Source: Nageia nagi (lineage: Eukaryota; Plantae; Pinophyta). From it: 64,000 bases of DNA. The DNA lies in NCBI GenBank assembly GCA_050084985.1, contig JBITNC010000001.1, positions 163,618,001 through 163,682,000 on the forward strand. Reading direction: 5' to 3'. The position numbers and the translations under genes were made by a program. The notes below the pieces were generated by a model, which saw nothing but the letters and a program-made list of their open reading frames with translations, made no database searches and was not told the DNA's origin. This document shows positions 11,920 to 26,700 of this stretch, piece by piece (the first letter of the stretch is position 1; each line of letters starts with the position of its first letter).

Positions 11920-14900
11920 AAGACAATGCAATTGATCATAGATACAAAGACAAACACCAAGGCTATAGAATTGACACTGGTTATCTTGAGCCATGTCCAA
12001 GTGATGGTAGTAGTCATTTCCTAGAGATTGTACCACAATAATAATGTCAATAGCATTACTGCAACATAGTCAATGATGGCCTATGAAATTATGCATCAAC
12101 ACAAATTATTTTCCCTCATCGATATCTTTTTAAAGTAGTTGAAGCATAATGATCATTTGATCAAAATCACAATGAAGAAGAACGTAGTATTCAAGTAAAA
12201 AACTTTCTTGGTTCTCACTTCCATGTACTTTTTGCAAATAATTTCCTTCAAGAAATCAAATTTGGAAGCTCGATAAAAAGGAAAATGAGGGGAGAAAGTT
12301 GTTAGCATATTAGGGCAAATTGATATAGAGAACACACAATCGAAAGTCAAATTTTATGATGACCTACATGGTTGAATAGTGAACTTCAATGTATGGATCA
12401 AGGGAGTGCAAAATATGATCCAAGGGCACATAAGGGTACCTAATTGAGCCATCACTAATTTAAAAATATTTGAAAATTCATTATATCTAGTTGTGATTGT
12501 TAATGAGATACTATTACGGTGTAATAAGCTAAATTCATCACACTTGGAGGCTAAGTTTCCATATATGATTGACTATAGTACATACCAAAATATCATTTGG
12601 TACCTTAAGAAGAGGAAGCCAGAGAAGGAGTTGGATTTGAGTCAAAAATCCAAGGTAATGCCAATTTTTGTTGAAGAAGGACCAAGTTTTATTGAAATAG
12701 TACCATTATCCTTGGAGAGTATGACAAAGAAAAAGGAATAGGAGTTGGAAATCGAATCCACATAGAATGAAATCTTATAGCGCCAATGGAAAAGGTAATA
12801 TACCAATGAAGGGCTTAGCAATAAGGTGGAAATAATTTTAGTTGACTATCTAAAGATACCTCTAGAAAGGGTAGCTAGGGAGGTCTTCAACAATTGATCA
12901 TCGAACCACACCATCATTAAGGAGTATAGATTTCACTAAACATCCAATTCAAAGTCTCAATACATACAACATAAACAATACAAGTAAGCTCTGACTCCTT
13001 AGTCCTAATTCCTATTCCAATTTACACTTCTATGTTTATTCCTATTTCTCTTTACACTACCCCATTGATTTTGATTTTAATACCAATACCTATCACCACT
13101 TACTATACATTATCTATACCTTAAGACCATAACCTGATAGATGCCACTATCATCACCATGAAATTGATGGAACAACCCACTAGTAGCCAATTATCATTTC
13201 CTTTCCATTTCACTAGAACACAAACAAGTAGCCATCCATGGATCGACTCATGCCCAAAAACATACCACACATCCATTTTGTAGTTCATCAAACCACTGAA
13301 CTTACTAGTTATAGATGTTAACATTACTAGAAATTGATGACATAGTATGGTTGATACACACCACTTCTCATTCCTTTATCACTACTTGATCAATAAGGTT
13401 GCGAATAAGAATATTGAGGTATTCCATTGAACTCAAGAGTTTCAACACCAAGAGCTTACCAGGATGGTTCAGTAAATTTTCCATCAACTCCAACAACATG
13501 CCCACTTCCCTTCCATCCCACCAATTAGACTAACTAAGAAACTAGTACAATTGGTCACTATCATTATCGCCAAACTTACCCAACATACTGACATCATTAA
13601 ACTCACCACCATACTACACCAACACTTTCCTTCCATCGATTTCCACCCTCATCATACCATTGAGGAGCACTTGAAGGCCATTATCACTCACATGTAATAA
13701 GAGATCAGTTACATCCAACAACAATACCAAAAAGATACAAAGAAAATAATAGACACCTACAAGGTAGAGGTGCATTAATATAAATAAGAAATCAGCCAAT
13801 TTAAGGAAGCAAAATAGCTTGGGAGCATGATAGTAACTTTCAATTCACCTCAACCCAATACCAAAACTACAATGGAGAACTTTTAGTTGCATAAAGAGAA
13901 GGAACTGCACACTCATCAATAGTAGTGGGCTAAGGAGACTGAAGAGTTGCACAGTAATAAATAAATAACTAAAAAACTTCTCCAAGCATAAAGACATGAA
14001 AAAGAAGGATTGAGCAATTGAAATGAACAACTCCAAGGAAAAAGTAAACTAACTCACAAAAGAGTTGGAACAAATTCTGCCCATCAAGGATGAAATGATC
14101 ATCTTACAAAGCAGGTCACAAGGGTAGCACTCACTCAAATGGAGTTAGAACAAATTCATTAAATGGAAGAAAAATAGTTTAAGTAGCACAAGGGGAACTA
14201 GTCAAAATTTTTAAGGAGCTAAAGGGTGATCTACGGAGTTATAAGGTCATTTGAGTGGATATCTAGCACGTCATATATTAGCACAAATAAATTGATATAT
14301 CAAATATCAATGCTCATATGATCGAATTCCAAACATAGGTGAGGCAAATTCAAAAGTATTTTCTAATAGCAATCAACAAACTCCAAAAGCTTAACACAAT
14401 CAATAACCAAGTGTTATCCTTAGAAGCAAAGATAAAACAAAGGAAAATAATAGTTGGAAAAACACTCAAGGAGTTACAATAGATCAATATTTTCCATGCT
14501 AAATAGATAACTCAATTGGAGGAGTTGATCACCAAGGAGCTCATCGATGCAATGTAAGTAATCCAAATTAGATTTTAGCTTGAATCTCTTCACTAAAACA
14601 TATATCACAATGCAAAGGTATCAATTCTTCAAAGGGAACAATACTTAGCCCAACCTAAGTTCAAATATAGCCTCTACCTTTGACACTCATTCTTGCTTAG
14701 TAACAACTTCAACATCCCAATATCAAATATATTACTAGCGATGTTGTAGGAGAGGTTTCTATTATTCCATGGTTAATATTTGTAATATGAAAATTTTGAA
14801 AGAGAAGGTAACACCATATAAAATAGAAGTTCATAATTAATGAAGGATCTATGAATGATTGTATTATTTTTAAATAATATAATGAATGCTCCCTCTCTTT

Positions 14901-16284
14901 TCATGCAAAATTTATGATGATGTTGATAAAAGTATAAAAGAAAGAATTGAGAAATAAATTATAAATGGTTATTCAAACAAGGAAGTAATGGAAACCAATA
15001 AATAGAATGAATAAAAATTAGGAACATATAAAAAAGAATAGAAGTGCTTGGTGAATTCCTTATATGAAATTTCCTACTAAGGAAGACACCACTCCCTAAG
15101 AAACACCAATTCAATGGATTACCTATTTTACTATGAAGCTTGTCATACAGACCATAACCCTTTGAATTATTTCCTTGTACCAAATTGGACCTACATCAAT
15201 TCCTATAAATAGTCTACCATATTAGGAGCCTAATACTATAGACCATTTACTAACCTAAAGTAGATGGATGGATGATGAGAGTTGAGGGGGAGGACTTAAC
15301 AATAATTGTAGATGCTCATTGAATGTTTCTAGAATATGAATGGGAATTCACCAAAATTTGGTTTATTTTCTCATACTAGCCTTACAAAACCCCTTGGGTA
15401 TGGCTAAAATGCACATCAAGAAGGCCTCTTGATGACCATCCTAAAGACTATTGGATCCAACACCCTCTAACAAGTGAAGGAGTATTGGAATGGATCATGG
15501 CAAGGTTATCACATATGAGGGTAGTATTTGATTACACTAAATACTTTACATGACCTTACCACTCAAGAAATAGTAATCCAAAAGTATTCCAATTATGGAG
15601 GAACCAAATCAAATGAAATATTTGAAGCATCAGTCGATTAAAAAAAATTTCTAAAAAGCTCACTTGAATATTGAAAGCATAGAAGACAAAATCAAAAAGA
15701 AAGAGAGATCTTATCTGCACTGTGGCCATATTATACTTGCATGAAGTGTTACAACTCCCGATTGATATTTTAGTCACCATTGTTATTGAGATTTTCTAAA
15801 AGAGGGATTTGTATGCTTGGGAGTTAGACATTTACAGAGAGAAGTTACTTATAAAAGCTAATGCTCGATAGTTATTTTTGGAAGAAGACTTTGACCTTCA
15901 TTTAATGACCAAAGTGCTATAATTTTGGCTAGGTATTACTACTCATATTGATTTGGAATGTGCAACCCACTACTAGTTTTGACATTCTTTTGGATCCATA
16001 CCAATCAACTTTATGGTACATCTGCATGAGATCGAGTGGATAAGTGATCGATTACCAGCAACAAAAGTAGTGTACGATTATATTAACTACTTTATGGGAA
16101 TTGATGATTCAATTAACATGAATACAATGCAAAGGAAAACCCATTGCAAAAGAAGAAGTGTGAATCTTATCGCAAGGATCTAAAGAAGAGCTTAGGATTG
16201 ACTTCATAGAGACTTCTTGCATCAAAAGTTTCTTATCAATGGCATAATATGCTAATACCTAGCTTGGGAACAAGTCAAAGTATT

Positions 16285-17140
16285 AAGTTAGGGAGGATAT
16301 TAATAGGAGATAATTTCATAATATAAATTGATCTACTTTTTCATAATATAAATTGATCTACTTTAATCAATAATTAGTGACCAAATACTATTTGTTAGTC
16401 ACTCTACCTATCTCAACTAAAAGTACATGACTCCATCAACCATCAAATGCATTTGATAAGAAGAGAACCAAGGGTAAAGGGAGTGTGTGAGAGCTGAGTG
16501 TGTAATAACTACATATTTATAATTGATTTATATTGATTAACATTAATAAAAGGCTTGACCCCTTATTTTTTATGATTGGATTACTTGTCCTTGCTTTTTG
16601 TTCTTCCTTTCCATTTACCCATTGATTCTTGATTGTAGATAAGAACCCTATCGACCAATTCAATCGATCAATAGGATGTTGAACCACAGGTGGGTAATGG
16701 AACATTATCAACCAAAGGATAATGACCATAAAGAAGATTGATCTATCCAATAAATACAAGTAAGAACATAGAAATGATGCAAACCCAAAAGATACTTTCA
16801 ATAATAATATTAAAATAATACAATGTGTCAAATTACAATGCTTTATATATGCTTTGATGGTGATAAAATATGAATGAAATATGATGTTGATGGATTAATG
16901 CTTCTCCTTAAATATTCAATTCACCTTTATATCCTTTTTGTACCTCTTCAGAATAGGTGTGTCAATTAGTTCTCCTAGTGTCACTTTGCTTAATATTGAT
17001 TAGTTAACTTAACTCATCCTTCTAACTGCTATGATTAGTTGCCAAACTAGTATAGTTCAACCATCAAACTGATACATATTACTTAGTTTATTCAATTGAT
17101 CAATCGTGTAATATTCAATCAATTTCCTTACTAAAATTGA
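16285..17140. repeat. Probable LTR-derived sequence (3' LTR region of the Gypsy element at 1-16.3 kb, possibly composite)
   Basis: PPT-like AAGTTAGGGAGGA at ~16286-16298 is followed by non-coding sequence that stops abruptly at a Copia protease fragment. No partner LTR in the window. Confidence 0.35.
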
Positions 17141-17144
17141 TATC

Positions 17145-20085
17145 CCTTGAATAATTTTTGGTCATGGAAGGGTGAAAGTAAAGTTTCATGATGGTAAGGT
17201 GAGAACCCCCCAAGTGTGGTACACATTCATAATCTTGCTATAAATTTGATTTCTATAAGCAAGATGGCTAATGCAAATGTAGATTTCAATTTCACTAAGA
17301 TTGGATGTAAAATGGTTTGTGGATAAATGATGTTGGTATGAGGGGTTCTTGATGGAACCATTTATAGGTTGTTGGGAAGCACTGGGACACCTCAGTAAAA
17401 TAATGCATCTATTTATGAGGCTAAATTAGATGGAACTTTAGCTGATGATTCAACACTCTAGCATCAAAGAATGGGACATATTGGAGAGAAGGTATTACAA
17501 AATTTATATACAAAAGGTATGGTTTAAGGCTTTCTTAATTGCTCTATGGGTTTTGATTTTTATGAGCATTATCTTTATGGAAAGCAAAAACATGTGAGTT
17601 TCCCGTATCGTGCTACAAGATCTAAAGGAGTTATAGATTTGATACATAGTTATGTTTTTGGTCTTATTATTCTACCATCCCTTGGAAAATCATGGTACTA
17701 TGTTTATTTTATTGATGATTTTTAAGATATATATGGATCTATTTTTTCAAGAGCAAAGCTGAAATGTTTGATAAATTTCAATAATTTAAAGCACTTATTG
17801 AAAACCAAATTAGAAAGAAAATCAAGGTGTTGAGGAGTGGTAATGGAGAAGAATATTGTTCAAATAAATTTGAGGAATTATGTAAGAAATATGGTATGGC
17901 AAGGCAAAGGACTACTCCATATACACCTCAACAAAATGAAGTTGTTGAGAGATTGAATAGATCTCTTATAGAAAAGGCAAGGAGTATGCTCAATGGTGCT
18001 AGATTAGCATAAAAATTTTGTGCAGAAGCAATGCATACAACATGCTACCTATTAAATCAATCTCCTACATCAGCTTTGTCTAACTAAACTCCATTTAAAT
18101 AATTGTTTGGCAAGAAACCATCTCTATCACATATTGGAGTTTTTAGATGTGATGCATTCATGCATATTCCAAAGGAAAAAAGGAATAAGCTTGATAACAA
18201 GATTATTAAGTGCATATTTATTGGTTACAAATATGGTGTTAAATATTATAAAATTTGGAATTAAAAAACTAAAAGTATTTCCTACATTAGAGATGTGGTA
18301 TTTATCCCAAGAATGAAGTAACACAAGAAGAATCGAAAAAAGTACAGTTTGAGTTTATGGATTATGAGTACTAGATAATAGAAGAAGAAGAAGAAGGAGA
18401 ATAAAAAGAACTAGAGTTTCATGCACCAATATTAAGGAGATAAACACATGAAAGAGGAAAACCTCAAAGGTATATCCCCCCTAATTTTCATTCTTCTTTT
18501 ATTTTATGTGTAATCGATGAAGATCCTAGAACTCTTAAAGAAGTAGTTAATTATGAAGAGGCAAATCTTTGTTAAGAGGCCATGAATGAAGAAATAATAT
18601 CTTTGGAAAATAAGATATGGGATATGGTAGAATTTCCTACTAAAGGAAAGGCAATTGGTTGAAAATGGATCTTAAAGAAGAAGCAAAATGTTAAAGGAAA
18701 AGTGGACAAATATAAAGTCCACCTTGTTGCCAAAGGCTATTCATAGGTAGAGGGAATTGACTATGGTGAAATATTTCCTCCCATTGCAAATTTAACTTCA
18801 ATAAGATGTCTTTTGTCTTTGGTTGTCGCATTTGATCTAGAAATAGAGCAAATGGATGTGAAAACTACTTTCCTTAATGGGGAATTAGAGGAGGAAATTT
18901 ATATGAAATAACATGAAGGATTCTTTGAGGAAGGAAAGGAAAATCTTGTTTGCAAGTTAAAGAAATATTTGCATGGACTAAAACAATCCCCTAGGATGTG
19001 GTATCAAAAATTTAATACTTACATTTTAGAACTTGGTTTTGTTCATAACAATGTTGATTGATGTATATACATGAAGCAAGTTGGTGAAGATTTTTTCTAA
19101 TAATGTTGTATGTTCATGATATGTTGTTGATTGGGAATAGTTATAAAATGGTTAGTGTTGTGAAGTTCCTATTAGCACAATAATTTGATATGAAAGATCT
19201 TAGACTACAAATTACATTTCGGACATGCAAATAAGGATAGATAGATCAAACAGAAAGTTGTGGATAGATAAAAAAATATTTTGAGATTGTATTGAAGAGA
19301 TTCAATATGGATGATTCCAAACCTGTGAAAACTCTTATAGCTTTGGGAACAAAATTATTTGTTGAACAATGTCCAATACAGAAGAAGAAGTTGAAGAAAT
19401 ATCTCATGCTCCTTATGTAAATGTTATAGGGAGTTTGATGTATGTCATGGTCTATACCAAACCAAATATTACACATGCAATGGGAGTTCTGAGTAGATAC
19501 ATGTCTAATCCTAGAAAAGAGCATTCGATTGCTATGAAGAGAGTGTTCAAATATTTATGTGGTACCATTGACTTTTTAATCTTTTATCAAAGGAAAAGAA
19601 AGAAAAAATATTTGAATATTGAGGATTTTGTTGATGTATATTAGGCATGAGATATCAATAATAGAATATATACCAGTGGCTATATCTTCAATTTGCTTGG
19701 AGAATCCATTAGTTATATGAGTAAAAGGAAAGATGTTGTTTCCCTTTCAACTACTGAAGTTGAATACATGGAAGCCACTCATTCAAGTAAAGAAGCAATA
19801 TGATTGTAGGGATTATGTGTTGATATTGGTTTTGCATAAGGATTTGTGTAGGTGAATTGTAATAACTAAAAAGTTATATTCTTGGCTAAAAATGTTGCTT
19901 TTCATGTACGAACTAAGAAAATTGATGTACAATACCACTTCATCAGGGACATGGTTGAACCAAAGAAAGTATTGTTGGGAAAAGTGGATACAAAGGAAAA
20001 TATTGTTAATGCATTGACCAAGTTTAATAGCATAGAGAAATTCATGTGGTGTATAGGAGAGATGGGTTTGGCTAGCCCAAATGTT
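17145..20085 (+). pseudogene. Copia pol (Tnt1/Tork-like), 5'-truncated within the protease
   Basis: GHGRVKVKFHDG protease tail; GAG-pre-integrase HQRMGHIGEK; integrase TTPYTPQQNEVVERLNRSLIEKARSML (17827-18012); RT EQMDVKTTFLNG; PYVNVIGSLMYVMV (19369-19644); RNase H FHVRTKKIDVQYHFIRD (19882-20214). Confidence 0.92.
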
Positions 20086-21081
20086 GGAGCAAATATATTT
20101 TACAATTTTTTTGGAAAGTATTCACCAAGTGGAAGAATGTTGGATATAGCTCATCCTTTGCAAAGGAAGTATTATACATTGGTCTCTTACCTCAACGGTC
20201 CCGCTCACCAATGAATGAGTCAAGGAGGTTTGGGGGTGGGAGCCCCTCTGATCTAAGGGTTTGAGGGAAACACCCCTGAGAAATTATTTTGGGGATTCAC
20301 TTGATATTTGCCTATTTTCACATGGCATTGGTGGATTTACAAGGTTTCATATTAGAGTAAGAATGGGTGGTTTAGCCCATGGGTTTCTAATATCACATTA
20401 TGATTTAGGATTGAGGATTTTCCTATATATTTATTATAATGAGCTATTTATGGCAGATCGTATTCATTGTATGAAATAATATAGGAGGAGAAGTTCTTGA
20501 TATGTTGGACTAGCCCACATTGGGTGAATCAAGATAAATCTCATATGTTCCTTGTGTTTGTGAGATTGTTATGTTCTAATTAATTCATTTCTGCATTATG
20601 ATTTTAGAATAGGTTTAGATAAGACTCTTTATGTTATTCTTTTCTTGGGCATATTGTTCTCTTTTGTGATGAGCCATTATAGGGCTCACTCCTCAAACAT
20701 GCCCTAGGAAAGGGACATTTGGCTTCTTGCTCCAAAATTGCAAAAGACAAGCTCAAACATACATAAAATATCCAATGACTTGCTAGGAATGAAAAATATG
20801 AAATCAACCTTGCAAAAAATTTCTTCAAACCCAACATTTAACTATGATGAGCAATTACAAAATTAATGCAAGCTAATATCTCTAATATTCTAATGAATTG
20901 ATTAGGAAAAAAACAAGAAGTAAACAATGTAGAACACCACTCCAAATCCAATGTCCAAACATAAGAATACAAATAACAAAATATAGAAAACAAAATACAA
21001 TTGTATTAATGAAGCAATGGTGAAAGTCCAATTGCAATATATTTTTCAACCTAAGGAGCTTGTTCCATGAATACCTCCAAT

Positions 21082-21180
21082 AGGGTTTTCTTGGATGGCT
21101 TCAAGGCCTCACCAATCCCATAAGTAGTGAGGGGTTTTCTTGGATGGCTTCAAGGCCTCACCAATCCCATAAGTAGTGAG
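21082..21180. repeat. Two-copy ~49-bp tandem duplication inside the left LTR
   Basis: gggttttcttggatggcttcaaggcctcaccaatcccataagtagtgag occurs twice here and once in the partner LTR (~25922-25970). Confidence 0.9.
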
Positions 21181-22208
21181 GTAAAACTAGGTCTCCTTTA
21201 TAGCAATTATGATGGAACCAATGTTCCTTTCAATATGGCTTGATTAAGTTCAAGTATAGTCTCATATCCCCTTGATATCTTAGATGTAGTTTTCCCTACA
21301 AGTGCCAAAGAAAGAGTTCTCACACTCAATCTAAAAAAGGGGTTTAAAATTAATAATCAATATATCTCATAATGGTTATGATACCTCCTTTTATAGGTGA
21401 GGGTGATTATCTTCTAATCTTGCATTGAGATGATCCAATGGTGGGAAGATGCAATATGTGTCCTCCTATGTGCAACATCCAAGATAGGAAGCTTTGGGAT
21501 GAATGAAATCATATCTAAGGGCTAGAAATATCAACATATAAGAGTGTGTAATATCAAAGCACCTCATGATTAAAGCCATAGGTCCATGTGCCTAAGAGAG
21601 CCAACATGGGATCTTGGGATGCTCACATGCCCAACATCCATGTTAGGAAGTCGTCCACTTGCCTCAATATTAGCAATGCCTAGTTTAAAGTTCCATGTCT
21701 ATTCTTGGAGCTCCAAATGACCTTGAAGTCAATGCAATCATCTAAGGGGATGCCCTACCTCAAAGATAGGATCAATAATTACTAGAGATACATTTAATGC
21801 TAATATTACAATTATCAAAGCCAAAATATGCAATGCCTCTTTTAATGAGACTAATATTGCATTCACAATTATAATTGCCTTGGTATTACAAATACAATAT
21901 TATTGGTATTTTAGTAATTAAACTAAACATAAATAAATAAAGGCTATGTATTCCATAATTAGAGTTTTATTAAGTCTCTAAGTGGAATTTACAACATTTT
22001 GGCCAAATTAGATAAAATCATTCCTAAATTAATATTTCCATTTATCAGAGGTGAAATGGGAAAAACACCTAAAAAATAGGGATATTACTTGTCCTCCCTC
22101 CCTAAATTATTTGTCCCCAAAAAATTTGAAAAATCCATAATTGCAGCAATATCTTCTTGGATGGTCCAATAATCTTCAAGTAGTGCCTTCTTCTTTTCAA
22201 TAGCACTT

Positions 22209-23790
22209 CTATCCTATGGAACTTAGTATTTCTTCTCTAGACTCTTTCACACCATGAAGTGCCACCTCTTTGCCATGCATTTTAAACTTCATATCCAACA
22301 TTTTGTAGTTGGAAATTACTTCTCCCAATGTATATAACCATTGTACCTTAACCACTATATATGGTAGTCCTCCAAGGGGAAGAATGTAGAAGTCACTAGT
22401 GACTGCATAATCTCCCAATTTAACTTTAACATTTTCCATTAGCTTGTGGCTAGTAGTTGAAATACCATTTCCAATTACTACATCAAATCTAGAGAACTCC
22501 TTTGTTTTAAATCCCTTAATTTTCATGAATTCTTCGTATATGAAAATATGAGTGTCTCCTCTATCAATGAGTACAACAACTCTACCTTTTTCCATAAGTC
22601 CTTCCACCTTGATTGTTACAAATTATGAAGGTCCCTTCAATGTGGCTAGTGCTCCTCCAATATCTTGAACTCCCACTTCATGTTTGTATCTATTCATCTC
22701 TTCTTCTGAGTCTTCTTGCATTTCACATACCTCCAAGTATATATGTTGAGCCTTTCCGTTACATTGGTGTCCTCTTCCTAGGGGTTTCAACAAGTAAAAT
22801 AGACCTTTTTCATACTTAATGCCTCTTGTATAGCATAATCCAATCTATTTGCATGTATTTGAATAGGAAGTGGGGGTTTGCCTCTTATTGGTTCCTTGTT
22901 TACATTTTTTTCTTGCATCCCTATCATAAGAATCATAGTGAGACTTTGGGTACCTAAATCCTTCCAAAAACTTAGCCTTGTAGATGGTCATGGATAAAGT
23001 GGATGGTTCCATGGCTTTTACTGATGATCTAATTGATTCTTGTAAACCATCCATGAAGAGATATGCTAGCCTTCCATCTTCCATATTGGGGATAAATACT
23101 ACAATCCTTTGAAATTCATCAATGTATGCATCCATGATAGTTGTATGTTAAAGCATAGCCAACTCTTTGAAGTATTTCTCTATATGCTTGTGCTCAAACC
23201 TATTAAGCATGCTTTAGCTAAAGTCTTCAAAGGTCCTAACCTTCCCATGTCCTAGCATAGTAACACCATTATGCCACCATTCATAGGCTATTCCATATAA
23301 AAACATGGTTATTTTCTTGATTCCTTTTTCTTCACTCATGGTATGGAGAGAGAAATAATTTTATGGTTTTTGCAATGAAGCCCTTGCAGATATTTTATCA
23401 CTCCCATCAAAAGTAGGTAGGGGTACCTTGGGTTTCTTATCATCTAATGGTTTTGGAGATCTCTAATTTTTCTTCCTATAGGTATCCTAGTATGTGTGGA
23501 AAGGTATAATTGTTATGAATGTTTAGGCTTATCCATGTACTCTTGAAGAACTTCATCCATATTTTCTTCCTCTTGCTCATTCCCATAAATCTATTTAGGG
23601 GTGAAAAGTGATTCCATGATGTGAATGGATGGAGTATGTCTTGAGGATTCTTCATTCTCAATTGGGGTCCCTTAGTTTTATGCCTTCATATATGTCATCA
23701 TATCAATTAAGAGAGTGATTAGAGCATCTAACTTTTGCTCAACCATTTTGATATTCTACCTTTTGTTCATGCATTGATATTGCTTGTAGA
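22209..23790 (-). pseudogene. Gypsy gag plus aspartic protease (disrupted)
   Basis: KVPLPTFDG..SARA; AYEWWHNG; MDAYIDEFQR..LFMDGLQESIR (22845-23135, retrotransposon gag); VVVLIDRGDTHIFI..DFYILPLGGLPYIVV.VQWLYTLG (22209-22607, retropepsin). The start is approximate. Confidence 0.85.
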
Positions 23791-26700
23791 TATCAAAGGG
23801 CATGAGCTATGAATGCTTGGACTGAAACTCAATGTATTCACCCAGTGCAAAAAAGATGTAAAAGAGATTCATCCTTCCTTCATTCACCAAAATTACCAAC
23901 ATCTAACCTCTAGTGGATGATTTTTATTAAACTCACAACAAATTGAGCCTCTTATACACCCAACATCTCACTTACATCCTCAAGTTTTAGACACATAAGT
24001 AAAATTACTCCAATGTCTCCTTATCAAGATTCCATGGTGTATCATAAAATTTACTCCTATTTACCAATGACCTCCTTACAGTGACTTGTAGGTTAAAATA
24101 TGTCTAGTGACCTTGTAAAATTGTCAATAATTATCTTCCATGATGAAAATGAGTTAATAATTATAAGTAATATTTCTTGTGGTGCAATTTCAACTCCCAA
24201 TTGGTCTCAATTAGCCAACATCCAACTTCAAGTTCCTACAAAATGCAGCAAAGGTTTCAAAAAACCCTTTAATAGCTCAATGTATGACTTCTAGTTACTC
24301 AAAAATTTAGCAAGGACTCTAAAAAATCCTCCAAACCTCCAACATTTGGCCCAAAATGAACTCAAAATGCCAAACAAACTTTGAAACAATTATCATTATG
24401 CCATGTTTTCTTCAAAATGATCTCAAAACGTAGCTCAAACTCCAAAAATATCCTTAGTGTGTTAACATTCACCTTAATATTGGTCTAGAATGCATATTGA
24501 TCTTCATAAATGCCCTCAAATTGCTAACATTTGGCCTAGGGGAACCTCAAAATGCAAAAAGGAGCTCTCAAATTCCCCTACTATGCCAACATCTTTCCAG
24601 AAATGGTCTTGAAATGCAAGATAAATCATAAAATCCTCTTAGTTGGCCAACATCTGCCTTCAAGTGGACTTGAGATGCAAAACCAACCTCAAAAAAGCAC
24701 TCAAAACACCAACATCTATCTCCTTACTAGCTTGAAATGCAAAAATGAACTCAAAAATGCCCTCAAGAATGCAACATCTAGCTTTAGGTGGTTCTAAAAT
24801 GTAGCTTCAATCATAAAAAACACCCTTAAAATACCAACAAACTCCTTATAAGATCCTCAAAATATTGAATAAGCCTCAAATTGGCTCCTAGAATACCAAT
24901 GTACCCCTTTAGGTTGGTACAAAATGCCAATGTATAGCTCTAAATGAGCTTAGACTCTCCTGACAAACCCTTATTCCTCCTTTGAACTCAAAAATATCAA
25001 AAAGGAACTTCAAAATTGATATAAAAATGTAAAAAAAATGGAACTATACCTTATCAAATTGGATGAACCTCCTCAATGCCTCAAAATTTGGAATTAGGGT
25101 CAAAAAATGCCCGATGACTTTCCAAAAGGATGAGATAGAGCTCTCAAATCCCCAACATCTTACTCCAAATGGATAAATCCTTTAAAAACTCCTTCAAAAT
25201 TACCAATATGTTGCTAGGTCAACTCCACTCTTCAACAACAAGATCTCTTAGCAGGTAGCATTATGAGAACTATGATCTACCAGAATATCACAATAATTCT
25301 CCTTCAATTTCTCCAACTCCTTCACCAATCACCTTCAATAGAAACTCCTCAACTCTTACCCATAAGCAAGGGAAAGGTTTCCAACTTCTCTCAACAAATC
25401 TTTTATTTTTGATACCACTGTGATATGGGTATCCCAAACCTTCAAACTCTCTTTAGCTCCAACTCAAAACCGATGCCCTTAATTCTAATAGGATGGCAAA
25501 ATCAAAGCTCTGATACCACTATGATGAGTTGTTCTAGGGCTCACTCCTCAAACATGCCCTAGGAGAGGGGCATTTGGTTTTTTCCTCTAAAATTGCTTAT
25601 GACAAGCTCAAACATGCATAAAATATCTAATGACTTGCTAGGAATGAAAAATATGAAATCAAACTTGCAGAAAATACCTTCAAACCCAACGTTTAACTAT
25701 GGTGCACAATTACAAAATTAATGCAAGAAAATGTCTCCAATATTCCAATGACTTGATCAAGAAGAAAAATAGAAAGTAAACAATACAAAATACCACTCCA
25801 AATCCAACATCCAAATATAAGAAGACAAATAGCAATAGACATTAAAATGTAATTGTATTGATGAAGAAATGGCAAAAATGCAATTACACCTAAGGAGCTT
25901 CTTCCATGAATACCTCTAATAGGGTTATTCCAAATTGCTCTAGGGCCCCACCAATACCATAAGCAATGAGGAAATACCAAGTCTCCTCTATAGCAATCAT
26001 GATGGAACCATCAACATTCCTCTCAATATGGCTTGAGTAAGTTCAAGGATAGTATCCTATCCCCATGTAGATTTCCCTATAAGTAGCGAATAAAGAATTC
26101 TCACACTCACTCCAGAAAAGGGCTTTAAAATCAATAATCAACATATCTCTTAATTGTTATGATTCCTCCTTTTATAGATGAGGGCGATCATCTTCTAATC
26201 TTGCATTGAGATGATGGAATGGTGGAGAGATGTGATTTGTATGCTCCTATATGCAAAGTCCAACATAGGGAGCTTTGGGATTACTAAAATCACATCCAAA
26301 GGATAGAAATGCTAATTTACAATAGGGGGTGATGTCATAGCACCTCATGATCATTTCCATAGGTCCATATTCTTAGGAGGGCCAACGTGAGGTATTGGGA
26401 TGCTCATATGCCCAATGTCCATGCTAGGGAGCCATCCACTTATCTCAAGATTGCCAATGCCTAGTTCGAAGTGCTACATCCATCCTTAGAGCTCCAAATG
26501 ACCTCATAGTTAGTACAATCACTTAGGGGGATGCTCTACCTCAAAGAGGGAAGCACTTATGACTAGAGATACATTTGATTCCAATATTACAATCATCAAA
26601 GCTAAAATATGCAATGCCACTTTTAATGAGACTAATATTGCATTTACAATTATAATTGTTTTGGTATTACAAATACAATATTATTTGTATTTTATTAATT

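Larger units (their letters stand above)
3633..14790 (+). pseudogene. Long decayed accessory ORF downstream of the Gypsy integrase (about 3633-4066 plus 11925-14790), split by the Copia insertion
   Basis: Starts ATG GCA CCA AAA AGG AAG at 3633. ORF 3879-4088 reads YHNNMLWIDKLYEITKEVVEQVIDLKIEG. Coding-like sequence resumes after the AAGAC TSD, with a T/P-rich segment (~13.0-13.7 kb) and an E/K/Q-rich coiled-coil-like segment (~13.75-14.7 kb). The 3' end is approximate. Confidence 0.55.
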
